From Candidatus Bathyarchaeota archaeon (GTDB taxonomy: Archaea; Thermoproteota; Bathyarchaeia; 40CM-2-53-6), in the NCBI GenBank assembly GCA_963833125.1, contig CAWHWX010000028.1:1-64000 (forward strand): 64,000 nucleotides of DNA. The letters are read 5' to 3'. This document shows positions 60,277 through 64,000 of this stretch, piece after piece. Positions within the stretch are counted from its first letter, which is position 1. The number at the start of each line of letters is the position of its first letter. Under the pieces are notes generated by a model. That model had not been told where the DNA came from. It ran no database searches and saw only the letters and a program-made list of their open reading frames with translations. Made by a program: the position numbers and the translations under genes.

Positions 60277-60705
60277 TTACTGAAAGTGTTGTTTCTTCTG
60301 GTTCCCGTTCTCGTCTAGCCCTTGCGCCAGCCACGCTTGCTTCTGCACTTCGTCCAGACGGTCTTCTGCTTCCTTAATCCAATGCTCGTATGTCTTTCGG
60401 ATTTCCCTCTCTGACGTGCCGACCCACTTGCTCACGTGCGCCACTGACACGCCTTGCGCCAACCACTCGCTGATGCGGAAGTGACGGAAGCCGTGCGGTG
60501 TCATCTTCACACCAGCTTCACGGAAGACTTTGTAGAGTCGTTCACGCCATTCGCGATATGTACCTGGGAACGCGGGGGAACCCAGAGCCTCAAGCTGCTT
60601 TGCCAACGAGGACGAGATTCGAACACGGAACCGCTCGCGCGTCTTATGGCGGTTGTTGCGGATCAATGTCCCGTCTTCCAGAGTCGCCGGAGGGAATTGC
60701 TCAGC
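60277..60705 (-). pseudogene. C-terminal fragment of a tyrosine recombinase/integrase
   Basis: RHKT (catalytic Lys), TPHGFRH (HxxR), GVSVAHVSKWVG, KTY (catalytic Tyr); the first Arg box and N-terminus are absent. Confidence 0.8.
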
Positions 60706-61234
60706 ATTACATCGGTGCCTCGATTTCTCTCGTGGGCGTGACCCTCACCCCGTCACTCCCCTAGCTGCCTGAAAAAACCGAGGTTTCGTGGACTAAGGTT
60801 TCGTAAACCGACACCCACGGACATGTGCCAGAATCCCCGGTCCAGCACTTGCGCCTCGCACTCAAAAGACGTCACATAATTCGCCACGAATCCCTTGTCG
60901 ACGCTGTCCCGGAATCTACAGTTCTTGAACCATGTTCTCATGCTAGAAAGCAAGGACTATTTGATAGTCAGGCGGTGACCCTGTGCCGCGAAAGACGGTG
61001 ATCCACAGCGGGATGAAAGACCCGCTCGGGAACTGGATCGCTCCACCGGGTAACAAACGCGCGGCGTTCTAAATGTCGGCCACAATGCACTCCTCGTGAT
61101 TGCGAGTAGACTGTTGGTAAATCCCAACGGGTCGTCGAGAACTCGCTCCGAGTTCACACGGCGACACGAGAATTGTGGCTAACATCTGGTCTCTCGGAGT
61201 GCGGGGTATGGCGGAGTGGATCGGGGGAAAAAGC

Positions 61235-62385
61235 ATGAAATCGCAGATCAAGCTGGGAACGGTGTTCGGAGTTGAACTCGGGCTTCACTACAGCTGGTTA
61301 GTAATAGCGCTGCTGATCATTTTTTCGCCGGTCGCACAATTCCATGCCGTGAATCGCGATTGGAGTGATGCTTTGGTGTGGAGCACAGCCATCATCACGG
61401 GCTTGCTGTTCTTTGCCTGCTTGTTCGCGCACGAGTTATCTCACGCCGTCGTCGCCAAGGCCCGCGGAATTCCAGTCCACAAAATTACTCTGTTCTTGCT
61501 TGGGGGCGTCGCCCAAATCGAGGAAGAAGCATCCGACCCGAAGACGGAATTCTGGATGGCCATTGTCGGGCCCATCACCAGCGGACTTCTTGGGCTGGCC
61601 ATGTTCGGTTTAGCCAGGCTTTCTGGCTGGACTCTGTGGGCTTCGCCGACAACACCTGGGACAGCACTGCTGGTGTGGCTGGGCTACATCAATCTTGCCC
61701 TGGGCGCGTTCAACATGATTCCAGGCTTTCCGCTCGATGGTGGTCGCGTGCTGCACGCTATTCTGTGGTGGGCGATGGAGGACGCTGAGCCGCAACGCGG
61801 GCAGCGGCATTCGTGGGGCAGGTCATCGCCGTTTTATTTATTACCTTTGGAATTTTCCGGTTCTTTCAGGGAGCAGGCCTGGGGGGACTCTGGATTGCCT
61901 TTATTGGTTCCTTTTGCAAGCAGCTGGCGCCACGCTCATACAGGTCCAAACGGGCACACTTCTCCGCGGCCTGCACGTTAAAGATGTGATGTCGACAGAC
62001 AGTTATGCGGTGGATCCCGAGCTTTCAGTACAGGAGTTCGTTAACGAGCACTTGCTTCGTACCGGCCGACGCTGCTTCCTGGTGGTCCAGGATGGGCGTC
62101 TGCTCGGTCTGATCACACCCAACGAAGTGCGCACGGTCGAGCAGCGAGCATGGCCGCTCACAGCCGTCCGTACCGTAATGCGTTCAGCGGATAAGGTCCA
62201 TTTTGTTTCTCGTGACATGCCCGCGATGGAGGCGCTGGAGATCATGGGACGCGAAGACGTCAATCAGTCTGTCCGACATTATCGGCGGCTGAGTTGAAGG
62301 TATTGTGTCCCGTGCTCATGTGTTGCAGGTACTGCGATCACGTGCGGAACTGAAGATGCCCCCGAGTCTGCCCCGAGCCGCATGA
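61235..62385 (+). pseudogene. Site-2 protease (M50) with tandem CBS domains, frameshifted
   Basis: LHYSW, AHELSH (HExxH), [21 protein letters not shown]; CBS pair (VKDVM, LLGLIT, EGIVSR) in shifted frames. Confidence 0.85.
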
Positions 62386-62545
62386 GAATGCGGTCGTCTT
62401 CGATAAAGCAATTGCAGCACCGCACTCCGACTCTGAGCGAACACTTCTCAGGTAAGCTGGCTAACAAGTGACTGGTATCACTGCTAGCCGATCCCTCCGC
62501 GGGCATACTTAATGTGGGCACCGTGCCCATTGAGGAGGAACTCCA

Positions 62546-62716
62546 ATGACCGCCAGGTCAAAATCTTGGAAACCTCGCTCACCCAAGCCTGATTTCGAGG
62601 GACATCGGAAGTCATCCGTCAACGCGCCTATGAGTTATACCAGCACCGCGGCAGGGTTGACGGATTCGCCTTAGACGACAGGTTGTCCAAGCGGAGACCG
62701 GAGATACTGTCTTTGA
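62546..62716 (+). pseudogene. Degenerate DUF2934-domain small protein
   Basis: GAGGAGG RBS plus ATG; a shifted frame reads EVIRQRAYELYQHRGRVDGFALDD, resembling the IRxRAYxLyExRG..G...DW pattern. Confidence 0.6.
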
Positions 62717-62976
62717 TTTAATTCCGGATCCCCCACGATCATGGAAGCAAAGATGCGTCCAATGGCTTGCTAAAAGCGCGTGGGAAAAGTGAGGGCCTCA
62801 CAATCCGATAGCGAAACGAGTCTGCGAGGGAAATATCGCCTCGGAGGAAACCGGAACCACCCTTTCGTATGCACAGCCGATATTGGTAGAACCGAGGATG
62901 GCAGAGCATTTTCGTATGCATTTTTCATTACCAGACACTAGTCGCTACGGACCGGGGGCATCCCCACACCATAAGT

Positions 62977-63489
62977 TTGAAACTGCGGGACATGAACCAA
63001 CTCTTCAATTCAATGGACCCTTCTCCGTTCATTGAAAAGGATCTCGACGACGACGCAGAAGAATTCATCGTGAGCTGGGCCCAAGAATTCTCCCCTAAAG
63101 CTCCGATCAAATTGCGCATCTACTTGGACCAGTGGCCGGCCGAAGACCCCAAAGAACTGATCAGGACGGCCGTCCACAATCACTTTGCTCACCGTGCCAA
63201 AATCACTGACCTGGAGTTCAAGCGCCTCCTAAGGCAAGGCCGCACCAGTCTTTTCATCGGGCTGCTGTTCTTGGCTGCATGTCTAATTCTCAGCAAGATC
63301 TTGTTGGGTCATGAGGCGGGCACTTGGGCTGCCATCGTGCGGGAGAGCCTCACGATTGCCGGATGGGTCGCCATGTGGCGACCCATGCAGATCTATCTTT
63401 ACGATTGGTGGCCTCTGCTGCGACGGAGCCGGATTTATGCCAAGCTGAGCCACATGCCCGTGGAACTCGTCCAAAAAGGCAAGAGTTGA
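62977..63489 (+). CDS. Conserved hypothetical membrane protein (two C-terminal TMs)
   Basis: QLFNSMDPSPFIEKDLDDDAEEFIVSWA, ESLTIAGWVAMWRP..IYLYDWWP. The start may lie slightly upstream. Confidence 0.75.
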   Translation: MKLRDMNQLFNSMDPSPFIEKDLDDDAEEFIVSWAQEFSPKAPIKLRIYLDQWPAEDPKELIRTAVHNHFAHRAKITDLEFKRLLRQGRTSLFIGLLFLAACLILSKILLGHEAGTWAAIVRESLTIAGWVAMWRPMQIYLYDWWPLLRRSRIYAKLSHMPVELVQKGKS

Positions 63490-63618
63490 GAAGTCTCTCT
63501 GTGCGAGGCTTGGGCGGGCGTTGCATCTGTGCCCAAACTTTGTGAAGTCTCATCATTAGAACGCGAACGGCAGGCGGTTTGATGCCTACAACGTGCCCGA
63601 CATCCACGGAGGATACCA

Positions 63619-64000
63619 ATGTCTGTTGTGGGCAGGCTGAACCAATTCGACGCATTTCTCCGTGGCCAAAAGGGCGGGCAATCTACGTCGCCTGCCAAGT
63701 GAAAGCTGCCCGCAAGAATGGCCAACAGGGCGGGCGTAAAAGAAACAGAACCTTGGGTGAAACCTTGCTTCGCCGAAAATTAAATCCGACAGATGGGAAG
63801 GCAATTGACGAAGCGTATATGCAACTAACCATGAGGGAGCAGGAAAAATTCAGAAAGTACTTCGGGCTACCGAACAACCCACATCTTGACGCAAGTGATT
63901 TTGCTTCACCCACACGCAAGCCCGCACCGGAAATGCAACACATATTTAGAAAGTTTCGTCTTGTGGCGCGGCATCTCCTTCTACGGTCTCCCGCGCCCCG
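63619..64000 (+). CDS. Hypothetical basic protein, frameshifted near 63700, running off the window
   Basis: GGAGG RBS plus ATG: MSVVGRLNQFDAFLRGQKGGQSTSPAK, continuing in a shifted frame as KAARKNGQQGGRKR... and open to 64000. Confidence 0.5.

Noticed and set aside
60921-60938. TGAAC-CAT-GTTCT, a near match to the putative LacI box or a LexA-like site
   Set aside because: Imperfect, not positioned at a clear promoter, and the spacing does not fit GAAC-N4-GTTC or GTTC-N7-GTTC LexA boxes.

Overview
Bacterial chromosomal window, most likely Acidobacteriota (Terriglobia-like). This is inferred from Oar-type TonB-dependent receptors, secreted TPR proteins, ASPIC/UnbV (CRTAC1-like) genes and the style of the conserved hypothetical proteins. 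Bases 1-34.9 kb form a carbohydrate-catabolism accessory region on the 3' side of tRNA-Pro(CGG). It starts with a probable IS21-family end and a small secreted 6-Cys peptide gene resembling a cystine knot. Next is a GntR-linked cluster (RhaT-like symporter, PhyH dioxygenase, two SDRs, enolase-superfamily enzyme, lactonase, split AptAB-like transketolase, GH36), with a TGTCAAC-N6-GTTGACA box perfect at two promoter regions and a variant at the third. Two TonB-dependent receptors with three TPR proteins follow, then an AraC-linked cluster (class III aminotransferase, DSD1/D-threonine-aldolase-like enzyme, SDRs, DUF4038/GH140-like hydrolase, lactonase, DhaK/DhaL, ABM protein, APC permease). Bases 35-55 kb look like backbone: tatA, a heavily disrupted RND efflux trio, galK/galT, a GldA/F/G-like ABC system with DUF4340, and a PilZ-coiled-coil protein. 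Bases 55-64 kb are a decayed patchwork around tRNA-Val(GAC): LacI, a truncated receptor, a CoA-transferase, IclR, an internally deleted larB, a tRNA-Leu-like att fragment beside an integrase remnant, and a site-2 protease. Many genes carry clustered indels that may be long-read consensus errors rather than real pseudogenes. No CRISPR array or rRNA was seen. All family calls come from motif recognition by eye, with no database searches.
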